Source: a virus
DNA: 64,000 nt
Reading direction: 5' to 3' (one strand)
IMG/VR virus record: IMGVR_UViG_3300046512_000087
Span: 29,404 to 93,403 of that record
Shown here: positions 18,932 to 27,267 of the stretch, piece after piece
Position numbering within the stretch: the stretch's first letter is position 1
Layout of the letters: every line of letters begins with the position of its first letter
The notes under the pieces: model-generated
What the model was told of the DNA's origin: nothing
Database searches by the model: none
Seen by the model: the letters and a program-made list of their open reading frames with translations, nothing else
Translations under genes and position numbers: made by a program

Positions 18932-19105
18932 TTAGCCCCAGCGATTGCCCTTATTACGCTTGCGCTCACCTTTGCCTTTCTTGACTCGGATTCCCAGGTC
19001 AATACTCAGAGGTGGAGGCGCCTCGATTTCGAGAGTGGCGATAGAGCCGTACAGCATGCAAAACAAGGCAACCCGTTCAGCTCCCAGAATCCGTATTCTG
19101 CTCAT
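18932..19105 (-). CDS. small basic hypothetical protein (57 aa)
   Basis: Hand-translated MSRIRILGAER...KRNKGNRWG; ATGA overlap with the ligase stop. Confidence 0.5.
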   Translation of the reverse strand: MSRIRILGAERVALFCMLYGSIATLEIEAPPPLSIDLGIRVKKGKGERKRNKGNRWG

Positions 19106-20064
19106 TCGTCCACCAGATCGTAGTCGTCACGGATGCAAACCCAGGTCGGGAACCGAGGCTTGGTTTTGATCCCTTTGGGGAAGAACTTGAACTTGATGAC
19201 CTTCTCGACAATCTTGCCGGGGTTCTGCCAGAAGTCCAGGGCTTCCTTCTCGGTCATGTTACCCGGAGACACCGTGATCTTGTCCCCTTTCTTCAGCAAC
19301 AGTTTCTTCGAGTGGGCGTCGAACACGTCTTCCATCAGGGTGCAGAGCATGTTGCCAAGCATGCCATTCGGGATCATGTTCTCCTGGTGGCTGGTGCGAA
19401 AGGTCTTGCCCAGCTCATTCTTCTGAGCCACGTTCCCGTTCTTATTGCCTTCGGTGATTTCGTTCACCATGGCGTTGGCTTCCATGAAACCCTTGATGCG
19501 CAGGTAGCCACCTTCTCGCACGGTGCTACGGCCTTCCTTGTGTGGCAGGTCGAGTGCTCGCATGATCGAGCCCTCGTAGCCTTCAGAGAGCCACAGGTCA
19601 TCCATTGCCAGCACTTCTTCCTTGGTCTTGGCGATGATCCAGGGAACGAGGCGCAGGTTGTCTGCAAGACCTTTATCTTTCAGCTCGTTGTAGCGGATGT
19701 CTCGCAGGGCCAAGCGGTCGATATAGGGCAGGCTCCGGGATTCAGGAGTCAGGTAGTCGAACAGCCACCAGTCCAGGGCGTTCGTCTTGTCCTTGCTACT
19801 GGTCACCGAGGTTGTGCCTCGGCACAAGTCCGGGTGGGTGGACATACCCTTGAGAGCCAGCTCACCATCGAAGCCGTTGTACTCAAAGCGGTCAAAGCAA
19901 CGGTTCACGAAGACGTTGGGGAAGCGCTTCAACGACCGGCCTGTCAATGGCCCGTCCAGAGCCAGGGCCCGCACGCCGTCAATCTTCGGCATCAAAATTA
20001 CGGGGAATTTCTGTTTATCCAGGTCAGCGTCACAGGCGAGATACGGCTTCGTCATGGTTTGCAC
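19102..20064 (-). CDS. ATP-dependent DNA ligase
   Basis: PKIDGVR (motif I), FDGEL, EGYEGSIMR, KPRFP. Confidence 0.92.
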   Translation of the reverse strand: MQTMTKPYLACDADLDKQKFPVILMPKIDGVRALALDGPLTGRSLKRFPNVFVNRCFDRFEYNGFDGELALKGMSTHPDLCRGTTSVTSSKDKTNALDWWLFDYLTPESRSLPYIDRLALRDIRYNELKDKGLADNLRLVPWIIAKTKEEVLAMDDLWLSEGYEGSIMRALDLPHKEGRSTVREGGYLRIKGFMEANAMVNEITEGNKNGNVAQKNELGKTFRTSHQENMIPNGMLGNMLCTLMEDVFDAHSKKLLLKKGDKITVSPGNMTEKEALDFWQNPGKIVEKVIKFKFFPKGIKTKPRFPTWVCIRDDYDLVDE

Positions 20065-20269
20065 TCAATTGCAAAGTTAGGAGTTGTACCAGCAGGGCAG
20101 CGAGAAATACTCGGTACTCCAGCGGGTCTTGGACTGCATGGCGCGGCACAACCACCGCACCTGTTGACTATCACCAACTACCACCCAACGGGGCAGCCAT
20201 AAGAACACGATCTTTTGGGACTCGGAATGCTTCATATCTGCCTCCGGGGTGGATTTGGTTTGAAGTTGT

Positions 20270-20297
20270 ATCGTACTTTAGGTACTAGGTTTGTCCA
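20270..20297 (-). promoter_or_regulatory. sigma70-like promoter with palindrome upstream
   Basis: TGGACA-16bp-TACGAT; palindrome at 20305. Confidence 0.6.
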
Positions 20298-20613
20298 ATG
20301 ATTTTGCAATTGATTGCACGCGAGCATCCCGCAGGCGTACACGGCGCTTCAGGGTCTGAAGGCTGTAATACACCATCTTCTCTGCGTCGTATACGCCGTC
20401 CTTGTCCATGCCCGGCTTGAACAAGTCCTGCTCCCTGGCAGCGCAAGAACGCCAGATAGCCTTGAACTGGTTGCCCTCGGCAAACGTCATGTTCAAAGCG
20501 TTGATGATGTCCTCACACTCACAGGTGTAGGGCTCTGGCAAGTTGGCAGGCTCGGGCACAAACAGCTTGTAGTACCCAACTGACCCACCAGTAGCCTTCT
20601 GTTCTTCACTCAC
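20278..20613 (-). CDS. DUF3310/SaV-like phage protein
   Basis: CEDIINAL..F.EGN.FKAIWR...DAEK..YY pattern. Confidence 0.6.
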   Translation of the reverse strand: MSEEQKATGGSVGYYKLFVPEPANLPEPYTCECEDIINALNMTFAEGNQFKAIWRSCAAREQDLFKPGMDKDGVYDAEKMVYYSLQTLKRRVRLRDARVQSIAKSLDKPST

Positions 20614-20797
20614 GTTTCATACCCTCCAGGATCTTCTGGGCTTTCGGACCCGGGAATCGGCGCCATTTGATGTGTGGGTAGTCAGCTGCCACTTGCCTGA
20701 ACGTGTGCCAGCTGCACCCAAACTCTTTGAAGGCTGAGGTCCTACTATGCCCCTTTGCGGCCAGGGCCATCAGAACAGCCTCCACTGACTCAGACAT
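20606..20797 (-). CDS. hypothetical protein
   Basis: 63 aa, operon packing. Confidence 0.5.
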   Translation of the reverse strand: MSESVEAVLMALAAKGHSRTSAFKEFGCSWHTFRQVAADYPHIKWRRFPGPKAQKILEGMKRE

Positions 20798-21731
20798 TCT
20801 CTCGGGCCATCCGGCGTTTATGCTCTGTCATCAGAGCCCGGTAAGTATCAGGTGGCAACATGTCCTTGGCTACAGTTTTGAGCAACGTGCCGTAGGCGAA
20901 GTCTTCTTCCTTGTGTATAGCAATGTTCACCAGTTTCAAATACACCCGGACTTTCGCCAGCTCCTTGCGGGCCTTCGACTTGGCCGACAGCCAGTAATTC
21001 TTCCGGGACTTTTCCAGCATCATCCGGGCTTCAGCATCCATGTACCGGCCAGCAGCGTCAGCCTCCCGCAACTGGAGGATCACCTTCTGCTCAATCAATG
21101 GCAGGCGGGACACCGCCGCGTAGTCGATGATTGGCGGGTCCTCGGCAAACACCATCGGAGTGAAAGGGATCTCTTCACGCGGTATCAACACGGCTGGTTT
21201 CTCCACCACCGGCAACTCCACTGGAGCCTCCAGAAACTTAGGCGGTGATTGCACTACCGTAAGCTCTGGCATGTCATGGGAGCGGGAGACATTGCAGGGC
21301 TGGCAGGCCAGGGTCATGTTGTTCCTACCATCCAGTCCTCCCCTGGCAAGGGGGATGATGTGCTCCAGTGTCGAGGTGTTGATAGTCACCTCACAGTTGC
21401 ACCACCGACAGGTATTTACACCCTTGTCCAACAGGGCCTGCCGGTGGCCTCTGCTCTCTTTGCTCCGGCGCCGAGCACGGTCCATCTTCGGAACAATAGC
21501 TGGAGCCCGGTTAGCCATCTCCACGGCCTCCAGGGGCGACACGTCATGCTTGCCTCTCACCGTGCCTGCAACATAGGCCGTGCGTTTGCTGCTGAACGGG
21601 TAGTAGTTGACCAGCAGCTGGCCTTTGATTTGGAAGTGGCCTGGGGCGGGTTCCGAAAAGTCCAGTTCTCTATCTTTGCACAGCTGATACAACGTAGCGT
21701 ACATCGCGTTCTGGGCCGTCCGTGTGCTCAT
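20790..21731 (-). CDS. HNH endonuclease domain protein
   Basis: CRWC...TLEHIIPLARGG...NMTLACQPCN. Confidence 0.8.
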   Translation of the reverse strand: MSTRTAQNAMYATLYQLCKDRELDFSEPAPGHFQIKGQLLVNYYPFSSKRTAYVAGTVRGKHDVSPLEAVEMANRAPAIVPKMDRARRRSKESRGHRQALLDKGVNTCRWCNCEVTINTSTLEHIIPLARGGLDGRNNMTLACQPCNVSRSHDMPELTVVQSPPKFLEAPVELPVVEKPAVLIPREEIPFTPMVFAEDPPIIDYAAVSRLPLIEQKVILQLREADAAGRYMDAEARMMLEKSRKNYWLSAKSKARKELAKVRVYLKLVNIAIHKEEDFAYGTLLKTVAKDMLPPDTYRALMTEHKRRMARENV

Positions 21732-22540
21732 GCCTGCTTCTCCAGCTCAGCCTTGTACAGGGCTTCTACGTGGGCGATGTGTTCCTGGGTCTGAGCCACA
21801 CCGGCAGCGTTACAGGCCAGGAACATCTTCAGGCAATCAGCCCGGCTGGCATTCTCCGGCAGAGTGCAAACGGCTACAGCCCTGTCCTCGAAGTTGTGGC
21901 GGTCCATATAGGACAGCTGATACCAGAACTTGCCGCGCCAGGACCAACGCCCCTCCATGAAGTCCAGGATGGCGTTGATGCGCTGCTTACCGTCGATGAT
22001 TTCAGTACGGTTTTCAGGCCACTTGTGGTGTTTGAAGATGAAACTGCCAATCGGGTAACCAGCAGCGATGTTATCCATCAAGGCCACCCGGTCTTCTTCA
22101 GTCCAGACATAGCCACGCTGGTAGTCGGGATTGTCGATGTAGCCCCAGCGCTGGATGCTGCTCAAGGCGCTACCAACGTGCTGGTTGGAGAACGGCCACA
22201 TCCAGCTACGGCCAATCATGGTGGTGTCTTCCCTGGTATCCAGCGGGATCACATCAGTCCAAGGCCACGCCCCGTACTTGATTCCGTCGTCAAATGGTCT
22301 CCCGTACTTCTCACCTTTGTCCAAGCACTTGATCACAATCACCTTGCCATCGTGGGCAGTGGCCACTACTTCAGGCTCCACCAGATTACCAACTTCCACT
22401 TTCATGCCCGGCCACAGAGTCCAGGTGGGCTCTGATAACGATGCTGGGTCTGTAAGGCGGGTGCTTTCAAAGTTACTGAGGCAGAGCTTGATCCACTCTT
22501 CTTCAGTTTCTGGGAGTTTCACTACTGCTTTCTTCGCCAT
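21728..22540 (-). CDS. DUF262 (ParB/Srx-fold, GmrS-like) domain protein
   Basis: PDYQRGYVW, YPIGSFIF, IIDGKQR. Confidence 0.8.
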   Translation of the reverse strand: MAKKAVVKLPETEEEWIKLCLSNFESTRLTDPASLSEPTWTLWPGMKVEVGNLVEPEVVATAHDGKVIVIKCLDKGEKYGRPFDDGIKYGAWPWTDVIPLDTREDTTMIGRSWMWPFSNQHVGSALSSIQRWGYIDNPDYQRGYVWTEEDRVALMDNIAAGYPIGSFIFKHHKWPENRTEIIDGKQRINAILDFMEGRWSWRGKFWYQLSYMDRHNFEDRAVAVCTLPENASRADCLKMFLACNAAGVAQTQEHIAHVEALYKAELEKQA

Positions 22541-22663
22541 TATTCTTCTTCCTGGTCAGGGTAATCGGGATCACGCGGGTCTGGGTGTTGGGCCATCTCC
22601 CGCTCTTGCCTACGTTGCCACAGTACCTGCTGGCGCAACTCATCTTCGTCTTCAGAGTACATC

Positions 22664-23185
22664 TCAGCCCCCTAAGATTTCTTTCTTCAACCTCGCAGCC
22701 ATATTACGGTGATAGAACCGTGTTGCCGCGAGGACATTGAGGGATTCTAGGTCCCCAGGCATCTCCGCCATGCCGTTGATGGATACCTCGGACATTTTCA
22801 GGTCATGCCGGGTTTTCTCCAGCGCATTCTTATCCAAGGAGTCAGGGTACTCTGCCAGAGCAAGCAGGATGAAGTCTGCAAGCTGCATGGGAGTAGCCTG
22901 CCCACCGAACTCTTTCTCTGCGTCTACCAAGATACTGGCCAACCGTTTTCTGGTCGGGATCATTGATACGTTCTCCAGCATCTTGCCCAGGTAGGTGTCC
23001 AGGGCCTGAATGTTTATGACCTTCTTTACGTAGTCAGGTGGGGTTTGGTCCATGTCCTTCAGGGATGGCAACTGCATTCCGACTTTGTAATGCTGGAGAG
23101 GCAACCCAAAGGCCGGTGGCACCTCCACATCGACAATCAGGGACGTAGCCATCTGGCCCGGTAGTTTCAGGGCCAGGGGTGTCAT
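22664..23185 (-). CDS. hypothetical protein
   Basis: Start placed at ATG 23185, just after the upstream stop. Confidence 0.6.
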   Translation of the reverse strand: MTPLALKLPGQMATSLIVDVEVPPAFGLPLQHYKVGMQLPSLKDMDQTPPDYVKKVINIQALDTYLGKMLENVSMIPTRKRLASILVDAEKEFGGQATPMQLADFILLALAEYPDSLDKNALEKTRHDLKMSEVSINGMAEMPGDLESLNVLAATRFYHRNMAARLKKEILGG

Positions 23186-23186
23186 C

Positions 23187-23477
23187 TTACTTCCCGGAGG
23201 CAACTTCACGTTCAATCTCCACCAGTTGGATATCCAAGACACAGTGCAGCACCAGACCTTGCTTGCCAGCTTCTTTCACAGCGGCGATTTCAGCAACGGT
23301 ACGGGACAGCGTGTGTTCTTCATGCAGGAATTTCAGGATCATCCCAGTGCCACCCCTACGGACTGACAACTCTACGCGGGTGACTACCTTGGGTGGGAGG
23401 TCCAGGACTGGGCGCTTGTTTGCCAGCTTGGATTTGTGACGGTTCAGGGCTCTGCGAATATCGGCTTCCAGACTCAT
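23187..23477 (-). CDS. hypothetical protein
   Basis: 96 aa behind promoter and AAGGAG RBS. Confidence 0.65.
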   Translation of the reverse strand: MSLEADIRRALNRHKSKLANKRPVLDLPPKVVTRVELSVRRGGTGMILKFLHEEHTLSRTVAEIAAVKEAGKQGLVLHCVLDIQLVEIEREVASGK

Positions 23478-23508
23478 TATCTACTCCTTAGATTTTGTCT
23501 ATACCGGT

Positions 23509-23536
23509 ATCTTACCTTATGCCTAGGGTTTGTCCA
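23509..23536 (-). promoter_or_regulatory. sigma70-like promoter with palindrome variant upstream
   Basis: TGGACA-16bp-TAAGAT; TGCAATTGAGTGCA at 23543. Confidence 0.65.
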
Positions 23537-23568
23537 ATGTTTTGCAATTGAGTGCAAACCCTCACAGG

Positions 23569-23838
23569 CTATTTCACCAACAGACTGGCGATCTTCACGG
23601 GCACACCACGATAGGTGACACCGTGCTCCAGGATGAACCGCACCAGACTCATGTCGCTGACGCGCATCAACGCTACTGGCAGTTGACCACAAGCTTTCAT
23701 TTCCCGCGCCATCTGGGCCAGTTCAGGCTCGGAAACAGTGTGGCTTTCCAGGCGCTTGCCAGTCTCTTTGAAGCAGGCAGCCTGGGCCTGATCGAAGCTG
23801 TACAGCAGCGGGGTCTTTTGCTGGGTGATAGGGTTCAT
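23569..23838 (-). CDS. hypothetical protein
   Basis: 89 aa. Confidence 0.55.
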   Translation of the reverse strand: MNPITQQKTPLLYSFDQAQAACFKETGKRLESHTVSEPELAQMAREMKACGQLPVALMRVSDMSLVRFILEHGVTYRGVPVKIASLLVK

Positions 23839-24011
23839 TCTGCATCCTTAATCTGCTGGGGAGTGGTGCCGCCAAAGACAGCAGGTTCACCGTCTTCTAC
23901 GTGCCATGGGATGTCATGCTCAGAATGGTCTGGGCACAACTTGATGTTCTGGCTGCCAATATGCACCAGATCCGTGTTACCGCAAATCGGGCAGACTTTA
24001 CTGGTCGGCAT
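23835..24011 (-). CDS. small Zn-finger hypothetical protein
   Basis: MPTSKVCPICG...CPDH. Confidence 0.5.
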   Translation of the reverse strand: MPTSKVCPICGNTDLVHIGSQNIKLCPDHSEHDIPWHVEDGEPAVFGGTTPQQIKDAE

Positions 24012-24409
24012 GTGAGTTCCGTTTCTTGCAATTGATTGCACGCTCTTGCTCGACCCGTTCCCGGAATTCTGCAAGGGCAGCTCGTTGTTCTGGGGTGGCC
24101 AGTTCATAGGCCCGGCGCTGGCGGGGAGCCAGTCGTCTTTCTTTTCTGTTTTCCATGGGATTCACTCCGTTGTATATCCAAATTATCTCTCATTTCAGCG
24201 AGCATTGCCAGGTCTGGAGTACGGCTTCAGCTTGTTGACTTCAGCAAAAGCCTTCGCATTCCTGAGTTTCTGGTAGGCCAGAGCCCGGCGCAATTGACGC
24301 TTGGACAAATGGCTCCAAAGTGCATGGACGACCAGTAGGCCAATAAGGATCACAGCTTTATCAAAATCGTCCACTTCACTCTCCTTCCATTGGAGGTATT
24401 TAAGTCTTT

Positions 24410-24437
24410 ATCGTACCTGTAGACTGCTAAAAGTCAA
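24410..24437 (-). promoter_or_regulatory. sigma70-like promoter with palindrome upstream
   Basis: TTGACT-16bp-TACGAT; palindrome at 24446. Confidence 0.6.
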
Positions 24438-24582
24438 AAGGCCCGTGCAATTGATTGCAAAGGCCTTCTATTTCACCTTGACCCAGCGGATGGAGCAGTA
24501 CAGCAGTTCTCCCTGGCTACGGGTCTTTGGAGTCGTCAGCTTCTGCCGCACTGACTTCACTGTCCTCCAGGTTTCAGCTCCG

Positions 24583-25065
24583 TTACTCTTGCACAGGACT
24601 TGCAGACTCAGAGCCATGACTGAACGCCTTCTGTTGTGCTTTGCCGCCAAACAACATATTGGGAGACTTGTCGTAATACAACTCCCCGGTTTTGCGGAAA
24701 TATTTGTCGAAGTGTTTTCCGTCCTGCACTACCAGACCGAAAGTCATCATCCTTGACAGGACAGCGCCGACTGTACGTTCATGCTTGCGGGCAATAGTCT
24801 CAGCGTCATCCCCGCTGTTGAAGCATTCCACCAGGAATTCATTCTCGTCTCCCGCCCAAATTACCCCAGAGCGGGCGGGTGCCCCTGGCTTTGGCTTGCT
24901 GTACTTGGGGTGGACCTTTAATTCCGTCGTGGACTTCAGCTCTTTAGCAACCTTCTCTTCGAAGTCTTTGCCCTGTACTACTTTCTTGGCAAACTTCCTC
25001 ACCATCTCAACCTCCGATTGGCTGCCAGCCCGCACCGATGTGGACTTCAACGCCTTCGATCTCAC
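24583..25065 (-). CDS. hypothetical protein (helix-turn-helix-like; true start probably MVRKF)
   Basis: W..DE..L...IARKHERTVGAV.SR pattern. Confidence 0.55.
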   Translation of the reverse strand: MRSKALKSTSVRAGSQSEVEMVRKFAKKVVQGKDFEEKVAKELKSTTELKVHPKYSKPKPGAPARSGVIWAGDENEFLVECFNSGDDAETIARKHERTVGAVLSRMMTFGLVVQDGKHFDKYFRKTGELYYDKSPNMLFGGKAQQKAFSHGSESASPVQE

Positions 25066-25453
25066 TCAGGTGGTCATCCTTGACGATCAACCGGCGCTCA
25101 CCCACGCACTCGTTATGTGGCCTGATGTTGCCTATGGCACAGAACAAGTAGTAGTCGAACTCATAGCAGCGCCCGTCGATACAGACGATGTACATACGGT
25201 CCTTGAGCTTGCCCCCTCCCAGGCGATAGAGCTTGATGTCACGGGGCTCTAGGGTTGGGTATAGGCCCTGAGCCTTGTAGCCCGCTGTGCAGCGTTTGCA
25301 GGGCTGGGCACCCAGTTCCTCGGGCCCTTGTACCGAGTGGGTAGCATCGAATGCATTGGTGCCACACAGGGCCTCACCGTTACGGAGGATGTGAGCTACC
25401 CGGCTTTGGTCGCCCCATTTGTTCTTGGCACAGAACCACCATACCCCGTTCAC
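25007..25453 (-). CDS. hypothetical protein
   Basis: 148 aa; H..ALCG..CKRC. Confidence 0.55.
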   Translation of the reverse strand: MNGVWWFCAKNKWGDQSRVAHILRNGEALCGTNAFDATHSVQGPEELGAQPCKRCTAGYKAQGLYPTLEPRDIKLYRLGGGKLKDRMYIVCIDGRCYEFDYYLFCAIGNIRPHNECVGERRLIVKDDHLSEIEGVEVHIGAGWQPIGG

Positions 25454-25713
25454 TCTCCGGGTCTCCGGTGGGCCATGGATTTTGCCAGATCTTCCAGCCT
25501 CTGTTCTTCCTTCCAGAGCCGTTCCTCTTGGGCAGTGAGAACTTTCACCTTCAATTGCCCTGGCTGAGACAGGTGACCAAAGAACGGGTGATCAGGGTGA
25601 CAGCCCCCAGCCCAAGAGCGCACGGCTACACGCACGTAGTCTTCGGCGTTCTTTTTAGTCATGCCATTTAGGTCAGGGATTTCAACAAGGAATACAGCCA
25701 TTTCACACTCCAT
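25450..25713 (-). CDS. hypothetical protein
   Basis: Behind a promoter and CAATGGAGT RBS. Confidence 0.55.
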   Translation of the reverse strand: MECEMAVFLVEIPDLNGMTKKNAEDYVRVAVRSWAGGCHPDHPFFGHLSQPGQLKVKVLTAQEERLWKEEQRLEDLAKSMAHRRPGE

Positions 25714-25734
25714 TGGGTTTTGATGCCTTTGGTT

Positions 25735-25762
25735 ATCTTACCTTAGGCATCTGGTTTGTCAA
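25735..25762 (-). promoter_or_regulatory. sigma70-like promoter with palindrome upstream
   Basis: TTGACA-16bp-TAAGAT; palindrome at 25767. Confidence 0.7.
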
Positions 25763-25938
25763 ACCTTGCAATTGATTGCAGGATTATTTCACCGGCTCCA
25801 GCGACTTGTCTTTCACCATGGTCAGCGGTGGGCTTCCCGCGTCTTTCTCCAACATGACGATGAAGAACACTGATACAACGAGGACAAACACCAAGGCAAA
25901 CAAGACCCGGATCTTCAACGGTATTACTCGACGAGATT

Positions 25939-26247
25939 TCATGTGGCTTCCTTAAAGACCTTGGTCGTGGTCTGTAGCTGTGCGAATAACCGGCACGCTG
26001 CCTTCCTGGCCAGTAGCTGTGCGCCTGGAGAATGATGGAACCGGTACAGAGTACCCGGCAACTGAACGACGTAGGGCGGGGCTGACAAGGGCTCTACCAA
26101 CATCAGGCCCCGCTCTTTATCACTTTCGTAACCGTAACACCCTGAGACCATCAACTCCAAGTCTAGTGCCTGCTCCACATGTAATATCTGTGGCTCAGTT
26201 AACTTTTCCAACTTTATTTCAACTTCTGGACAACCCATAACATGCAC
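25939..26247 (-). CDS. hypothetical protein
   Basis: 102 aa behind promoter and RBS. Confidence 0.55.
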   Translation of the reverse strand: MHVMGCPEVEIKLEKLTEPQILHVEQALDLELMVSGCYGYESDKERGLMLVEPLSAPPYVVQLPGTLYRFHHSPGAQLLARKAACRLFAQLQTTTKVFKEAT

Positions 26248-26271
26248 TCCATTGTTGGGTTAGTTCCCGTT

Positions 26272-26299
26272 AGTCTATCTAGTTGCCCTAGTTTGTCAA
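26272..26299 (-). promoter_or_regulatory. sigma70-like promoter
   Basis: TTGACA-16bp-TAGACT. Confidence 0.6.
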
Positions 26300-26797
26300 A
26301 TTGGGCTTAGTTTGGTTGTAGCTCCAGTGCCCGCCAATACGCACGCCCGCCCAGAACAACCCCAGTGACCTCCACCGAGCTGTGCCATCACCGGTATGCA
26401 GGGCTCGCTCAAATAGGGCATCACAGTCCCGCCTGGACAGCTGGGCTAGGTCGTACTCCCAGTCATGGATAAAGGCCGGACCCATCCCGTACCCTACAAC
26501 CATGGCGTACAGGGCCAGGAACACTACAGAAGCAATCCCGAAACAGCTCACCAGCCATTCCCATTTGCGGGCGGCAAGAACAAAGATCAGAACAGCTGCT
26601 ACCACTGCCAGGGAGGCGGTCCACTGACAGAGCCTGCGTAGTATTCGGATGGAGGCCAAGTCACTGACATAGCCAGCCGGGCAGGTACGAAGACCATGCA
26701 CTGGATCATTGAAGGTCAGGTCCTCATTCAGGCGGAAAGTCCAGCGACTGATCTGCTGAACATTCGGTCTCCCTGAAAACTTCCCGACCGGGGTCAC
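26288..26797 (-). CDS. DUF1353-like protein with inserted hydrophobic hairpin
   Basis: PAGYVSDLASI, AFIHDWEY, CDALF, GVRIGG. Confidence 0.7.
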   Translation of the reverse strand: MTPVGKFSGRPNVQQISRWTFRLNEDLTFNDPVHGLRTCPAGYVSDLASIRILRRLCQWTASLAVVAAVLIFVLAARKWEWLVSCFGIASVVFLALYAMVVGYGMGPAFIHDWEYDLAQLSRRDCDALFERALHTGDGTARWRSLGLFWAGVRIGGHWSYNQTKPNLTN

Positions 26798-27267
26798 GAT
26801 GGCAGTACCAAGGCAGGCAACTCGGCCAGGAACTCTTCCACGGTTGGCTGGGTGCGTTGTCCGCTCAGGACCTTGGCAAGCTGGTCATAAGCATACGCCC
26901 ACACCAGGGAACGCCACTCCCTGAAAGCCTTACCGTCCTCCTGGAACTTCGGTACTGCTGGCTCTTCCGCATAGCTCACGGCGGTAGAGATACTGTCGTA
27001 GCGGGCCTCCTGGGCAGCACCATCCAGCTTGGCCTGCACAGCTTGCTCGTACTGGGCGGTGATGTCTTCCGTGGTTGGGGGAACAGGCTGTGCAGGTGCT
27101 GGAGCTTCTGGCAAGACAACCCATTCACCGTACCAGATTGCTACCTCAGTGCCGGTCGTCTCAGGAGGGGAGGTAGAGGTGCTTCCCAGCGGCAAAGGCC
27201 CAAACTCGTCTACCTCTACAGTTCCTTTGTAGAGAAAATCAGCACCCCATAGGTACAAAGTAATCAT
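26794..27267 (-). CDS. tail fibre assembly-like protein
   Basis: VQAKLD..A...YDSI.TA.SYA...WRSLVW pattern; follows the fibre genes. Confidence 0.7.
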   Translation of the reverse strand: MITLYLWGADFLYKGTVEVDEFGPLPLGSTSTSPPETTGTEVAIWYGEWVVLPEAPAPAQPVPPTTEDITAQYEQAVQAKLDGAAQEARYDSISTAVSYAEEPAVPKFQEDGKAFREWRSLVWAYAYDQLAKVLSGQRTQPTVEEFLAELPALVLPS

